Both the position numbers and the translations under genes were made by a program. The notes beneath the pieces are model-generated. The model worked only from the letters and a program-made list of their open reading frames with translations. It was not told where the DNA came from and did not search any database. Positions 25,801 to 36,875 of a stretch of DNA of 64,000 nucleotides are shown here, one piece after another. How positions within the stretch are numbered: the stretch's first letter is position 1; each line of letters begins with the position of its first letter. This DNA is from Macrostomum lignano (taxonomy: Eukaryota), in the NCBI GenBank assembly GCA_002269645.1, contig NIVC01003650.1, forward strand, positions 216-64,215, in the 5' to 3' direction.

Positions 25801-25851
25801 CGTTTTATTGGGCAATTTTTTAAGTCATTTTGCCACGTGGGAAGCACCGTG
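22833..25851 (-). mobile_element. Chapaev-type (CMC superfamily) DNA transposon, apparently complete
   Basis: About 130-bp TIRs beginning CACGGTG and ending CACCGTG, 4-bp TSD TTTA on both sides, and a single transposase ORF. Confidence 0.88.
23220..25214 (-). CDS. Chapaev transposase, 664 aa
   Basis: N-terminal Cys/His domain (H..C..SVCLLC, LPVGVCEGC, C.CEIC). DDE candidates GLDGG, AADMK and SEQ, plus GLQSHASRHPCCYC and PPELHLMLG. No stops. Confidence 0.85.
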   Translation of the reverse strand: MPNSLKSHDQCQQSVCLLCLRKAERRLNDITTVEQYVLPNYSSVRHLLPVGVCEGCRRIISSLGGPAPRPLPPRLNYEQMLADLSSIPVSRRSQPNCPCEICKIARSNLRKNADPHSTYATGTLNCARGRPSTSADAAQAPLRLCSGCHSPIGKGKPHRCNKATRLANLSSLISPGTAEQVASTTVAAKLQATGASTVALKRAQGGRPLAVTVANTACSTRQLAPTTANTMLRLKVALNLSNRQTLQAASILRKGAGSGKAVQSNLGASLTARSRHLKDFFVSKLLEVDSKVATAKNAVICSDVQGLIEKVASERGYTDVDVKLGLDGGGGFFKICASLLHRGDSQESQSTKDQLFADSGVKKLLLLAAVPDMSECYNSIKVLFQHLSLGGVTVNAVAADMKVANLICGLQSHASRHPCCYCEAPVPLNTCGPMRTVGRIRQMAVDFASSGKERSSAKDFYNCVEAPLLQADDEAEILFVLPPPELHLMLGITNRIFDALNSAWGNDCAYQWAHDRSIVRVGYRGGSMEGNACRTLLRKSAELHEYLPQNLKPYGSCLMRLDSVVSSCFGSQLHADFQQHILQFKTAFELLGLPIFPKVHVLLHHVGTFCSATGSALGLFSEQSFESVHRDFAQTWQRFAVPTQHSKFPDALLSAVIAYNSFHI

Positions 25852-27496
25852 TTTAGTATTTAGCAATTTATTTGAAAGATTTGAAAATAGTAAAAACTAT
25901 ACATGCGCAACCCCCCTGATTTACACTGGCCATGTGACTTTTTTTAACCAAAAATGCAACTTACCTATGGAAGAAACCCTAAAGCAAAATTAACACAGTT
26001 TTGGGTAAATGGCAGGAGTAAATATGAATGTCTTATTAGGCCTAAATGCCTCAGCATCTAATTAGTACAATGTCCATTCCTTTGGGGTGGCATTTTTGCA
26101 ACTTACCCCTGGTCCACAAACAATTTACAGTGGCCAGATTCACCAGGTCAGCTAACAGTTGCGCATGTATAGTAAAAATAAAAAGACAGTTTTTGCAAGC
26201 AAATTTTTTAGAAAAAAACTGAATACATAATTAGATATACTGTATAGTCATATGGGTATAACAACATATGACAAATATATAAATATATAATAATATAAAC
26301 AAAATTATATATATAGGGCCTAAAATGCTAATAAACTATATGTAAATACTAGATTCAAAAGGACCTTTTGGGTCCTTCAACAGATTCATTTTAAGGTTCT
26401 CTATTCTAATAAGCTACCATGGAGATAAGCTGAAAATTGTTTATATGGATCTGTATAAATAAAATTAGAATTATTGATACACCTTATAGATTTGAATGGT
26501 AACAGCTAGCCTATTTCAATAAGCTACTATGGGAATAAACTAATAATTATTTATATAGTAATACAGATCTATGAATAAAATTGGAATTATTGGCATGGGA
26601 CCATAGGGATAAAGCATTTCCTTAAAAATTAAAAGTAGAAATAGGCCTATATGATACATCTTAGTGTAGGCTCTTATACCACCATGGATTTTACCAAAGA
26701 ATTCCTTTAGACTTTCTAATCTTTGTATCTATCTTGGAAAATAGGCCTATTATATTTAAAAGTGTGCATATTTGTTTAAATTACATTGTATTGCCATCAT
26801 TATAAAAATTATAAAGTTTAATTTTTTAAAATAATAGTGAAAAACCTATAAGGATATAAGAGCTGCTACTGCTAGGCTTAATATGGAAAATTAATTTTGT
26901 CTATGCTTGTTTGCTTCCTTTAAACAAGCCTTGGCTTTATATACAAATGATTTGCAAATATTTTATTCTTAGAAAACAAGATCTTTAATTAGATATTAGA
27001 ATATAAGAAATCTGGGTTTTTTTGTGCAAATAGTAAGACAAAACTCAATATTATTTGCGACGCGTTTCGGCTAAAACTAGCCATCTTCAGGCACTATCGA
27101 ACAGAATTTATTTCAACCTATTAAATACTGTGTAGACGACAAAATCACGTATTGAAAAGATATAAAAGGACTAAAGGATCAATGTACAGTATAGCAATGT
27201 TCATAATATTTTTTGTGGAATGACAGGACAGAGAAAAAAGAGAGAGAGAGAGAGAATGAGGCGTATGCGCCCCAAATGTACTCTAGCTTAAAACACCAAT
27301 AGCTGTTCACTTGCACCTCCTCCAGATAGTTGGACATTGAGAGTGGGTTTGTGTAACTTAATGTGCAGAGCTTCAAGAATGTTAAGTTTATGCTCATTTT
27401 TGCTGTTGTCTATGACCTTGAAATGAGAGGTTATGTCTGGCTCATCACAACAACCATGGCATTGCAGCAAATGTTCATGAATCGGAGAGTTTCTTT

Positions 27497-28969
27497 TTGT
27501 CTTTAAATGTGTACAAGAAGATTATGCCGTGTGGGAGTCAACCTGGCCAACTCTATGGCTCGTGCAAGGTCCATAAGGAAGACAAACCATTGAGACCCAT
27601 TGTGTCTATGCTGAACACGGCTGAATATGAGCTGGCTAAATTTCTAGACTCATTTATCAAGCCATGCATCCCTCAGGAATTCAGTTTGCGGTCCAATAGG
27701 GAATTCATAACAGCCATCAGCAATTACACCCCATCTCGCGAAGATCAATTGTATAGCTTCGATGTCACCTCTCTATTTACCAATGTTCCGCTGAATCTGG
27801 CGATCGACATTGCTACCAATTTGGTCTTCAAAGACAACCCAGCGCCACCAATCCCGGAGAAAGTGTTTAAGAAATTGTTGGTTATTGCCACGTCTGGGAT
27901 ATTCCAATTCGGCGATAAGTATTTCCAGCAAATTGACGGCTGCGCTATGGGCAGCCCTCTTGCCCCCACTCTTGCTAACGTTTGCATGTCACATTGGGAG
28001 AAAACCTGGATGGAAAAAAGCTGTGCTCCAAAATTTTACAAACGGTATGTCGATGACACATGCGCTATTTTTGATAACGAGGAAGACTTTCTGCAATTTT
28101 TCAACACAATAAACGCCACCCATCCTAACATTAAATTCACCGTGGAATATGGTGGAAAGAAACTACCGTTTCTTGACATCGAGATCCATCTGAAGGACTG
28201 CGCTATTGAGACCAAAGTGTATCGCAAGCCCACATTCACTAAATTGATGCTTAATTTCCAGGCGTTGTGCCCCAGGGAATGGAAGACGGGAGTCATTCGT
28301 TGTCTGCTTCATCGTGCCTATACAGTATGTTGCTCTTGGTCGTTGCTGCACAACGAGTTTACCAACATTATCAATATTCTCACTGCCAATGGATACCCTA
28401 TCAACTACATCATGAAGGTTATTGGTAATTTCTTAGATGAAAAAATTGAAAAAAAGCTTAAACCTAAGCGGCCAGATAGAGAACCAGGAGAACCAATCTT
28501 GACTCTTCCTTTTTTGGGCAACTCTTCGATTGTGTTTAAGAGGCAAATTTGCAAAACTTGCCAAAAATTCTTTAAGACTAAGATTCATGTAGTGTTCCGT
28601 ACTCATAAAGTCAGTCAATTTGTTGGGAGTTTAAAGTCTCGTGTTCCATGTGCTCTCAAGGCAGGTGTCATCTATCGTTTTCGTTGCTCTGTTGACCAGA
28701 GCATTACCTACATTGGTAAAACCAAGCAACACCTACGCACGAGAGCCAAGGAACATAGGCAACGAAACTCTCCGATTCATGAACATTTGCTGCAATGCCA
28801 TGGTTGTTGTGATGAGCCAGACATAACCTCTCATTTCAAGGTCATAGACAACAGCAAAAATGAGCATAAACTTAACATTCTTGAAGCTCTGCACATTAAG
28901 TTACACAAACCCACTCTCAATGTCCAACTATCTGGAGGAGGTGCAAGTGAACAGCTATTGGTGTTTTAA
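27497..28969 (+). CDS. PLE reverse transcriptase plus GIY-YIG endonuclease (N-truncated)
   Basis: LRPIVS, SFDVTSLFTNVP, GCAMGSPLAP, RYVDD; GVIY...YIGKTK..LRTRAKEH...LEALHI. Confidence 0.92.
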   Translation: MSLNVYKKIMPCGSQPGQLYGSCKVHKEDKPLRPIVSMLNTAEYELAKFLDSFIKPCIPQEFSLRSNREFITAISNYTPSREDQLYSFDVTSLFTNVPLNLAIDIATNLVFKDNPAPPIPEKVFKKLLVIATSGIFQFGDKYFQQIDGCAMGSPLAPTLANVCMSHWEKTWMEKSCAPKFYKRYVDDTCAIFDNEEDFLQFFNTINATHPNIKFTVEYGGKKLPFLDIEIHLKDCAIETKVYRKPTFTKLMLNFQALCPREWKTGVIRCLLHRAYTVCCSWSLLHNEFTNIINILTANGYPINYIMKVIGNFLDEKIEKKLKPKRPDREPGEPILTLPFLGNSSIVFKRQICKTCQKFFKTKIHVVFRTHKVSQFVGSLKSRVPCALKAGVIYRFRCSVDQSITYIGKTKQHLRTRAKEHRQRNSPIHEHLLQCHGCCDEPDITSHFKVIDNSKNEHKLNILEALHIKLHKPTLNVQLSGGGASEQLLVF

Positions 28970-29161
28970 GCTAGAGTACATTTGGGGCGCATACGCCTCA
29001 TTCTCTCTCTCTCTCTCTTTTTTCTCTGTCCTGTCATTCCACAAAAAATATTATGAACATTGCTATACTGTACATTGATCCTTTAGTCCTTTTATATCTT
29101 TTCAATACGTGATTTTGTCGTCTACACAGTATTTAATAGGTTGAAATAAATTCTGTTCGAT

Positions 29162-29201
29162 AGTGCCTGAAGATGGCTAGTTTTAGCCGAAATGCGTCGC
29201 A
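29162..29201 (+). ncRNA. Minimal hammerhead ribozyme motif in the PLE terminal repeat (second copy at 27057-27095, minus strand)
   Basis: CTGAAGA, stem GGCTA/TAGCC, GAAA and a GTC site. The minus copy has palindromic ACGCGT. Stem I is only ~3 bp. Confidence 0.6.
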
Positions 29202-31020
29202 AATAATATTGAGTTTTGTCTTACTATTATCTGTTAAGAGTGCTTCTCTACCGCAATTTTGTGCAAATAAGTGCAAATAGCATCCTGGTCTTAAAAATTG
29301 CTCCCTGAAATTTGACTCAGGGTGCAAAAAGCACACCAAAATTTTTTGCAAGGATGTGATGCGGATTTCACAATTTAGTGTTATGGATCTCTTAAGTCCA
29401 TAACTTCATATTCTTAGAATTAGCCAGTAATTTTTTGAATCCTTAATTAATATAATTTAAGGAATTGCTATTGAGCTGACAGCTGAGTGAGCTAAGCTGC
29501 TGAGCTGAGGCTAAGGGGAGAATTATAAGGAGATCAAACAATTAAGTTAAGTGTTTGGAATTTGGATCATCATTGGATGGTTTGGATGGACAGAAACTTT
29601 GAAACACACTATTAGTGTTAGACCAGTTTTTGTCTGCAGCAGTGCAGTGCATCCTGGTCTTGAAAATTGCACCTTGAAATCTAGCACAGGGTGCAAAATC
29701 GCACCCAAGTTATGGACGAAAAAACCCAATGAGAAATTTACTTTAAAAACCAAAATATCTATCAAAGGGTAAAGATATCTAGACTTAGAATCTACAAACT
29801 CTTCTAAAGGGTAAAAAATCTAATCTATTAAAGTATAAGCTATGACCTTTTGATCCTAGTAATGCCTAGACTGAGAGAAAACCTCAATATTAGCCATAGT
29901 TAGGAAGGTGGCCTATATGACAGATTTCTCCGGCATACATTTGCTATGCTATAAGTCTATATGGCCTAGCATATAATGCAATGTACAAAAATATGGCTTA
30001 GAAACTTGGCATATACACTGATGATGCTGGCATATATTTTTACTTTCCCTAATTACCTGGAATACAATTTTAATCAAACATAATTTAATTTTAATGTAAA
30101 AGTAATAATAGTAAAAAGAAAAAAGAAAGATGTTTCTATTTTTTTAAAACATACAGTTTCAAAATATTGCAAAATTTTTCAACTAAAATCAATAAATATG
30201 GAATACAATAAATAAAGCATTTGTTTTTTTTGTTTTAAACAGCGACTATATAAAATTTTAAAGTAAAGAATATTTTTTCATTTTGTAAGAAACTGTTGTC
30301 AAGTTAAATGACCTCTTTTTAGGAAAAATTTTTTGTCTGAGCAAATGACTTTTGTAGGGAAAATTTTGGCTTATATTTTTTGTGTATAATCATCCATCCC
30401 TAAAAATCATTCCAGTGTATACTTGCCACCTTCCTGACTAGGCCTATGGAATAGGAGAAAGTCATAGTATATAATATAAGATAATGTATTGGCATAGACT
30501 GCTTCGGCCAATAGTGTATATATAACAATAGTGTAATGATATTTTATTTGATATATATGATCCACATAAAAAGCTTTCATGCATTATTATTATTATTATT
30601 ATTATTATTATACTTCATATAAGAAGGCCTTTTATAAGTGCAGATCTCAAAAGTCAAGACAATATTTTTTACTGACATAATTCGAAGTTATTAGGCAGGC
30701 ACTAAAATTAAATAGCTTGGCGAGTGGAACCCGATTAACCTATGTACACAAATGATATGTCATTCTGCTCACAATGACACCAGAAAGCTGGATTTGATAA
30801 AAAAAGTTACAATTAGATTGGATTACTTCCCATTCCACCAACCCCCTTGAACTCAGTCCTAACTTATTGTTAGGCATGTACACTTCACTGTGCCCTTCAC
30901 TGTGTACTTTGAGTCAAGCCTGGGCCACTGGCACATAAAAGTGCCGCACTGGACCACTAGGCTGCGCCCCCTCCCTACAAACTAGCTCCAAAATAATAAT
31001 AATTCGAAAATCCAATTCAG

Positions 31021-33039
31021 CTCCAGTCAAGTCAGCCGCTGTCGGCAGCACGGCAGTGCACCGATGGTGCCAGTGCCGCTGCCAATGGTCCAGGTGTCAG
31101 CAGTGGCGATGGCGCGCCATCTTCGTACAGCTACAACGACAAGTTGAACCCTATCGGAGCCGGCAGCTTCAGCAAGGTGTACATAGGCCAGGGTCCGCAT
31201 GGTCGAGTAGCAGTGAAGCTGGTTCAATGGTGCAGCAGCGGCGGGGTCAACTATGGCTCATTGCGGGAGTTATCCACGCTGAAACGTTTGCAACGCTGCC
31301 AGCACCCGAATGTGCTCAAACTATTAGACGTATTTGTGTCCGAGCTCAACCAGACCTTCTGCCAGCACCTTGTATTCGAATTGATGGACTGCGACCTGCG
31401 CCAGCTGATGCGGGCGCGCGGCGACCGGCCACTGGAAGTGCCATTGGTTGCCTCGCTTGGCCGGCAGTTGCTAAGCGGCTTGGCGCATCTGCACAGGCAC
31501 CGGATGCTGCACCGGGATATTAAACCGCAAAATCTATTATTAGATTGGTCGGCTACCGTGTTGAAAATTGCCGACTTCAACTCGTCACGACTGTGCAGCT
31601 GGGAGCGCTGCCTGTCCCGCGTAGCCACCACGCTGGCCTACAGGGCGCCGGAGGCTCTGCTAAGCGCCTCCTACGGCACACCGGCCGATGTCTGGAGCAC
31701 AGGTTGCATTTTCTACGAAATGCTTACAGGACTCTGGCCGTTTCCGTGCTGTAAAAAAGGAGAAGCGCCAACTCTGTCCTGCATTGCCGCCTGCGTAGTG
31801 GAGGGCCTGACAGATCCTTTGCTGTAAGTTTCAATGTGTTTGGTGACCTACTGTCCTTTGATAGATCAGCTACTGTCCTTTGATAGATCATCTACTGTCC
31901 TTTGATAGATCAGCTACTGTCCTTTGACAGATCATCTACTGTCCTTTGATAGATCAGCTACTGTCCTTTGACAGATCATCTACTGTCCTTTGATAGATCA
32001 GCTACTGTCCTTTGACAGATCATCTACTGTCCTTTGATAGATCAGCTACTGTCCTTTGACAGATCATCTACTGTCCTTTGATAGATCAGCTACTGTCCTT
32101 TGGAAGATCATCTACTGTCCTTTGATAGATCAGCTACTGTCCTTTGACAGATCATCTACTGTCCTTTGATAGATCAGCTACTGTCCTTTGGAAGATCGTC
32201 TACTGTCCTTTGGTAGATCGTCTACTGTCCTTTGGTAGATCGTCTACTGTCCTTTGATAGATCAGCTACTGTCCTTTGATAGATCATCTACTGCCCTTTG
32301 ATAGATCAGCTACTGCCCTTTGATAGAGCATCTACTGTTCTTTGGTAGATCATCTACTGCCCTTTGATAGATCAGCTACTGCCCTTTGATAGAGCATCTA
32401 CTGTTCTTTGGTAGATCATCTACTGCTTCCCTCTAACAAAGCATTTCTCACTCCCCTCACCCCATCCCCAAAAGCCCCATCGCGGACCGCAGCTTCTTTG
32501 AGTCGTCGCCGCCCTGGCTAATCATCGAATCCGTCAAACACGCGGCCAACTGTCCGCCTCTGCGCAGCCGCCTGGCCTCCGCGGCTGCTACCCCGGACGC
32601 CCTGCTATCAGAGCCGAACGGACCAATGGACCTTCTGCGCCGGATGCTGTCCTGGCGTCCCACCGACCGCCCGACCGCCGCCGAGGCCCTCGACTCGTCG
32701 GTCTGGCTGGCCTGCGAGCCGCCACCTTCTCCTCATCAAAACTGCTCCGATGATGACAGCGACAACGAGACTACTACTAGCAGTAGTAGTTGTGCTACGA
32801 ATAGGAGCAACAGCGATACCGATGAAGAGGACAATGAGGATGACAGCGACAGCGATGAGGCATCCAGCGTGGCATCGGAGAGCAGCCTGTCGTCTTGGTT
32901 GACCTGCTCGGATTCCGACTGTACAACCGATGACTCAGCTAGCGACTGCTGCTGTAACAGCGGCTGCGAGCATAGGGCAGCTGCGAATGAAGTCGACTAT
33001 GCCGATTATATTGGGCAGAGGGACTCCGACCTGAAATAA
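31021..33039 (+). CDS. Divergent CDK-family Ser/Thr kinase; exons ~31021-31823 and 32475-33039, start exon not located
   Basis: GAGSFSKVY, VAVK, GSLRELSTLKRL, HRDIKPQN, DFN, YRAPE, DVWSTGCIF, DLLRRML..RPTAAEAL. The phase-2 intron gtaagt...aag joins in frame; acidic tail. Confidence 0.8.
31849..32425 (+). repeat. 22-bp intronic minisatellite (ctactgtcctttgatagatca[g/t])
   Basis: About 26 units filling the kinase intron. Confidence 0.95.
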
Positions 33040-33241
33040 CTGCAGTAAAGTATGTGTAGCTGAGATGGAATTCACTGTTTTGCTTTGTTTACACTTTTGG
33101 TCAGGTATTCTCTCTTTCTCTCAATCTCTCATTGCACATTTGTTTGCACTTGCATTTTCTGCTTGATTTCATAATCATAATTCCGGTATTTTCTATGGAT
33201 ATGTATCAAGTTCTAAACTTTAGGTCAAAATGTATAAGGCT

Positions 33242-33731
33242 GGGCCATAGAATACTGCACATCAGCATCTGGAGTGGAGCTTTGGCCCTAGAATACTGTA
33301 ATTCAGCATCCGGAGTGGAGTCTGGGCCATAGAATACTGTAAATCAGCATCTGGCATGGAGTCTGGGCCATAGAATACTATAAATCAGCACCTGGAGTGG
33401 AGCTTTGGCCATAGAATACTGTAATTCAGCATCTGGCATGGAGTCTGGGCCATAGAATACTATAAATCAGCACCTGGAGTGGAGCTTTGGCCATAGAATA
33501 CTGTAATTCAGCATCTGGAGCGGATTCTGGGCCATAGAATACTGTAAATCAGCATCTGGAGTGGAGTCTGGGCAATAGAATACTATAAATCAGCATCTGG
33601 AGTGGAGTCTGGGCAATAGAATACTATAAATCAGCATCTGGAGCGGATTCTGGGCAATAGAATACTATAAATCAGCATCTGGAGTGGAGTCGGGGCAATA
33701 GAATACTATAAATCAGCATCTGGAGTGGAGT
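33242..33731 (+). repeat. 41-bp minisatellite, ~12 copies
   Basis: Unit gggccatagaatactgtaaatcagcatctggagtggagtct. Confidence 0.93.
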
Positions 33732-34629
33732 TAGTATCCGAAATCAAATAAAAAGATTCTCTTACTATAAAGGTTAGCTTCATTATGAAATCCAACCAGA
33801 AAGTCCTATATTGTATTATTGTACATAGACACTCTACGAATTACTTTATATATACATCTATAAATCCTCGGTGTTTGTTCCACTTAACAGGAAGCGGTGT
33901 TTCAATTGATATACTAGTTTATATTACCTATTCTAATTGTCTTTCGTTCGGTTATATCAAAGCTTATTTAAATAATTTTAGCAGTTATAAACTTAAAGTG
34001 GTGGTGTATAATAAATTTCGTTACAAATTGGCTTCACTGACCCAAATGCATTAAAAAGTACTAGCATTTAAGTTATTGACTACTATGAAAAGTCCTTAGT
34101 AGTATTAAAGCATTTTACTGACTAAGTCAACTTTAAGTCATCGATACTTTAATAATTTATTTGTTCTTTCTTTAAAAACAATTTTAACCTACATCGATGG
34201 TGCTAAAAGCTATTTTCAGCCGCGCGTATAGCTTTTCAACGCGATAAAACTTTTTTTACTACTCACACTATAGTAGTAGGGCTCCTTGATATGTTTTTGT
34301 TGTGTGTCAATTTATTTATTCCTCGGCGTGTACATAGCCAGTTTTTATAATAAGCTGTGGGACACCCCTGCTTGCTTTCAGTAATTTATTACATGTCTGT
34401 TTGATCTTGTGTTGCTTTGTGCGTCACCTGTGTCCTGACTCTTTTTAAAAACAGACATTTTTCCAAGCGTTATGCAGTTAATAAATCAGTTGAGTTAATA
34501 TGGCCACTCCTGACGGGGCTTCAAAACTATTGTTGCACTTGATAATAAATTAAAATGAGCAAATAATCCGTCACCGTGTTCCCAGATTTATTACTTTTCA
34601 AATACTTGGCGCATTGGTTCTAAAGAATG

Positions 34630-35655
34630 GTTAGTGAGTTAGTCAGTCAGTTAGTTATTTAGTTAGTGAGTTAGTCAGTCAGTTAGTTATTTAGTTAGTG
34701 AGTTAGTCAGTCAGTTAGTTATTTAGTTAGTTAGTTAGTCGGTTAGTAACTTGGTTAGTTAGTCAGTTAGTTATTTCGTTAGCTAGTTAGTTAGTTAGTC
34801 AGTCAGTCAGTCAGTTAGTGAGTTAGTCAGTCAGTCAGTTAGTTAGTGAGTTAGTCAGTCAGTCAGTCAATCAGTTAGTTAGTGAGTTAGTCAGTCAGTC
34901 AGTCAGTCAGTCAGTTAGTTAGTGAGTTAGTGAGTTAGTTAGTTAGTCAGTTAGTTAGTTAGTCAATCAGTCAGTTAGTTAGTGAGTTAGTCAGTCAGTC
35001 AGTCAGTTAGTTAGTTAGTGAGTTAGTTAGTCAGTTAGTTAGTCAGTTAGTTATTTCGTTAGTTAGTTAGTTAGTTAGTGAGTTAGTCAGTCAGACAGTC
35101 AGTTAGTTAGTGAGTTAGTCAGTCAGTTAGTTAGTTAGTGAGTTAGTTAGTCAGTTAGTTAGTTAGTTAGTCAGTTAGTTAGTTAGTAAGTCAGTTAGTT
35201 AGTTCGTTAGTCAGTTAGTCAGTGAGTTAGTGAGTTAGTCAGTCAGTCAGTTAGTTAGTGAGTCACTCAGTCAGTTAGTTAGTGAGTTAGTCAGTCAGTC
35301 AGTCAGTCAGTTAGTTAGTGAGTTAGTTAGTCAGTTTATAGTTAGTCAGTCAGTTATTTCGTTAGTTAGTTAGTCAGTTAGTTAGTTAGTGAGTTAGTTA
35401 GTCAGTTAGTTAGTTAGTTAGTCAGTTAGTTAGTTCGTTAGTCAGTTAATCAGTGAGTTAGTTAGTGAGTTAGTCAGTCAGTTAGTTAGTTAGTGAGTTA
35501 GTTAGTCAGTTAGTTAGTTAGTTAGTCAGTTAGTTAGTTCGTTAGTCACTTAGTCAGTGAGTTAGTTAGTGAGTTAGTCAGTCAGTTAGTTAGTTAGTGA
35601 GTTAGTTAGTCAGTTAGTTAGTTCGTTAGTCAGTTAGTCAGTGAGTTAGTTAGTC

Positions 35656-35686
<31 letters not shown>

Positions 35687-36027
35687 CAGTTAGTTAGTTC
35701 GTTAGTCAGTTAGTCGGTGAGTTGGTTAGTGAGTTAGTCAGTCAGTTAGTTAGTTAGTTAGTGAGTTAGTCAGTCAGTTAGTTAGTTAGTGAGTTAGTTA
35801 GTCAGTTAGTTAGTTCGTTAGTCAGTTAGTCAGTGAGTTAGTTAGTGAGTTAGTTAGTTAGTTAGTTAGTCAGTCAGTTAGTTAGTTAGTTAGTGAGTTA
35901 GTCAGTCAGTGAGTTAGTTAGTGAGTTAGTCAGTCAGTTAGTTAGTTAGTGAGTTAGTTAGTCAGTTAGTTAGTTAGTTAGTCAGTTAGTTAGTTCGTTA
36001 GTCAGTTAGTCAGTGAGTTAGTTAGTG

Positions 36028-36062
<35 letters not shown>

Positions 36063-36118
36063 CAGTTAGTTAGTTAGTTAGTCAGTTAGTTATTCAGTCA
36101 CTCAGTCAGTCAGTCAGC
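34630..36118 (+). repeat. Compound (TTAG/TCAG/TGAG)n microsatellite
   Basis: About 1.5 kb of tetramer variants. Confidence 0.95.
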
Positions 36119-36379
36119 AAGCAATGCAGCGCAGCCATTGTTATGGTGCATTCAATCCGCCCCCATGGTCCCCATTGTTGGTGCGCATCGGAACTCCGGG
36201 GTCCGGCCGTTCTCTTGTTGTTATGCTAGCTGGGTCTGCTCTTCATCTGCCGCCAACAATACTGGTTTTATACGGTATTAAATAAAAAAATTCCTAAGGA
36301 TGAGGCCTCGCCAACTTCCTGCTAGTGGGGGTCCAGCGGTGTCGCCAACTTCACGCGGTGTCTGCAGCTACAGATCATT

Positions 36380-36394
36380 GTTGCTAGGGGCAAC
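36380..36394. promoter_or_regulatory. Candidate RFX X-box (GTTGCT-AGG-GGCAAC)
   Basis: Two inverted half-sites with a 3-bp spacer, upstream of the 36519-37529 open frame. Confidence 0.3.
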
Positions 36395-36534
36395 GGGGTT
36401 GCTTGCCGTGCTTATTTATGTGGCATAAAATGAGCGCTCAGCTTAGATTATCGACTTGTAGAATCCAAAGTGTATATAATAATATATGGCCATTCAATTA
36501 AATTGCTGTGCAATATAAAAGAAACGAGCTACAA

Positions 36535-36866
36535 TTTCCGAAATCATCAAGCGGAAGTCGGCTCTAGTTTCCAAAATCATCAAGCGGAAGTCGGCTCCAG
36601 TTTCCGAAATCATCAAGCGGAAGTCGGCTCCAGTTTCCAAAATCATCAAGCGGAAGTCGGCTCCAGTTTCCGAAATCACTGAGCGGAAGTCGGCTCCAGT
36701 TTCCGAAATCACTGAGCGGAAGTCGGCTCCAGTTTCCGAAATCACTGAGCGGAAGTCGGCTCCAGTTTCCAAAATCATCAAGCGGAAGTCGGCTCCAGTT
36801 TCCGAAATCACTGAGCGGAAGTCGGCTCCAGTTTCCGAAATCACTGAGCGGAAGTCGGCTCCAGTC
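36535..36866 (+). repeat. 33-bp minisatellite, ~10 copies, in frame with the downstream ORF
   Basis: Reads (IIKRKSAPVSE/ITERKSAPVSE)n and runs into ATG 36876 without a stop. Confidence 0.9.
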
Positions 36867-36875
36867 TACAAAGTC

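Larger units (their letters stand above)
27029..29228 (+). mobile_element. Penelope-like retroelement, 5'-truncated, with a 465-bp inverted copy of its 3' end at the 5' side
   Basis: 27029-27493 is the reverse complement of 28764-29228, with an RT plus GIY-YIG ORF between them. Confidence 0.92.

Noticed and set aside
27179-27470. Minus-strand ORFs as a separate gene
   Set aside because: They are the inverted duplicate of the PLE 3' end.
33242-33731. 41-bp array as a tandem of Crypton sites (contains CCATAGAA)
   Set aside because: 7/8 match only, present in about half of the units, and far from any YR fragment.
34630-36118. Interstitial telomeric repeat
   Set aside because: Units are the tetramers TTAG/TCAG, not TTAGG or TTAGGG.
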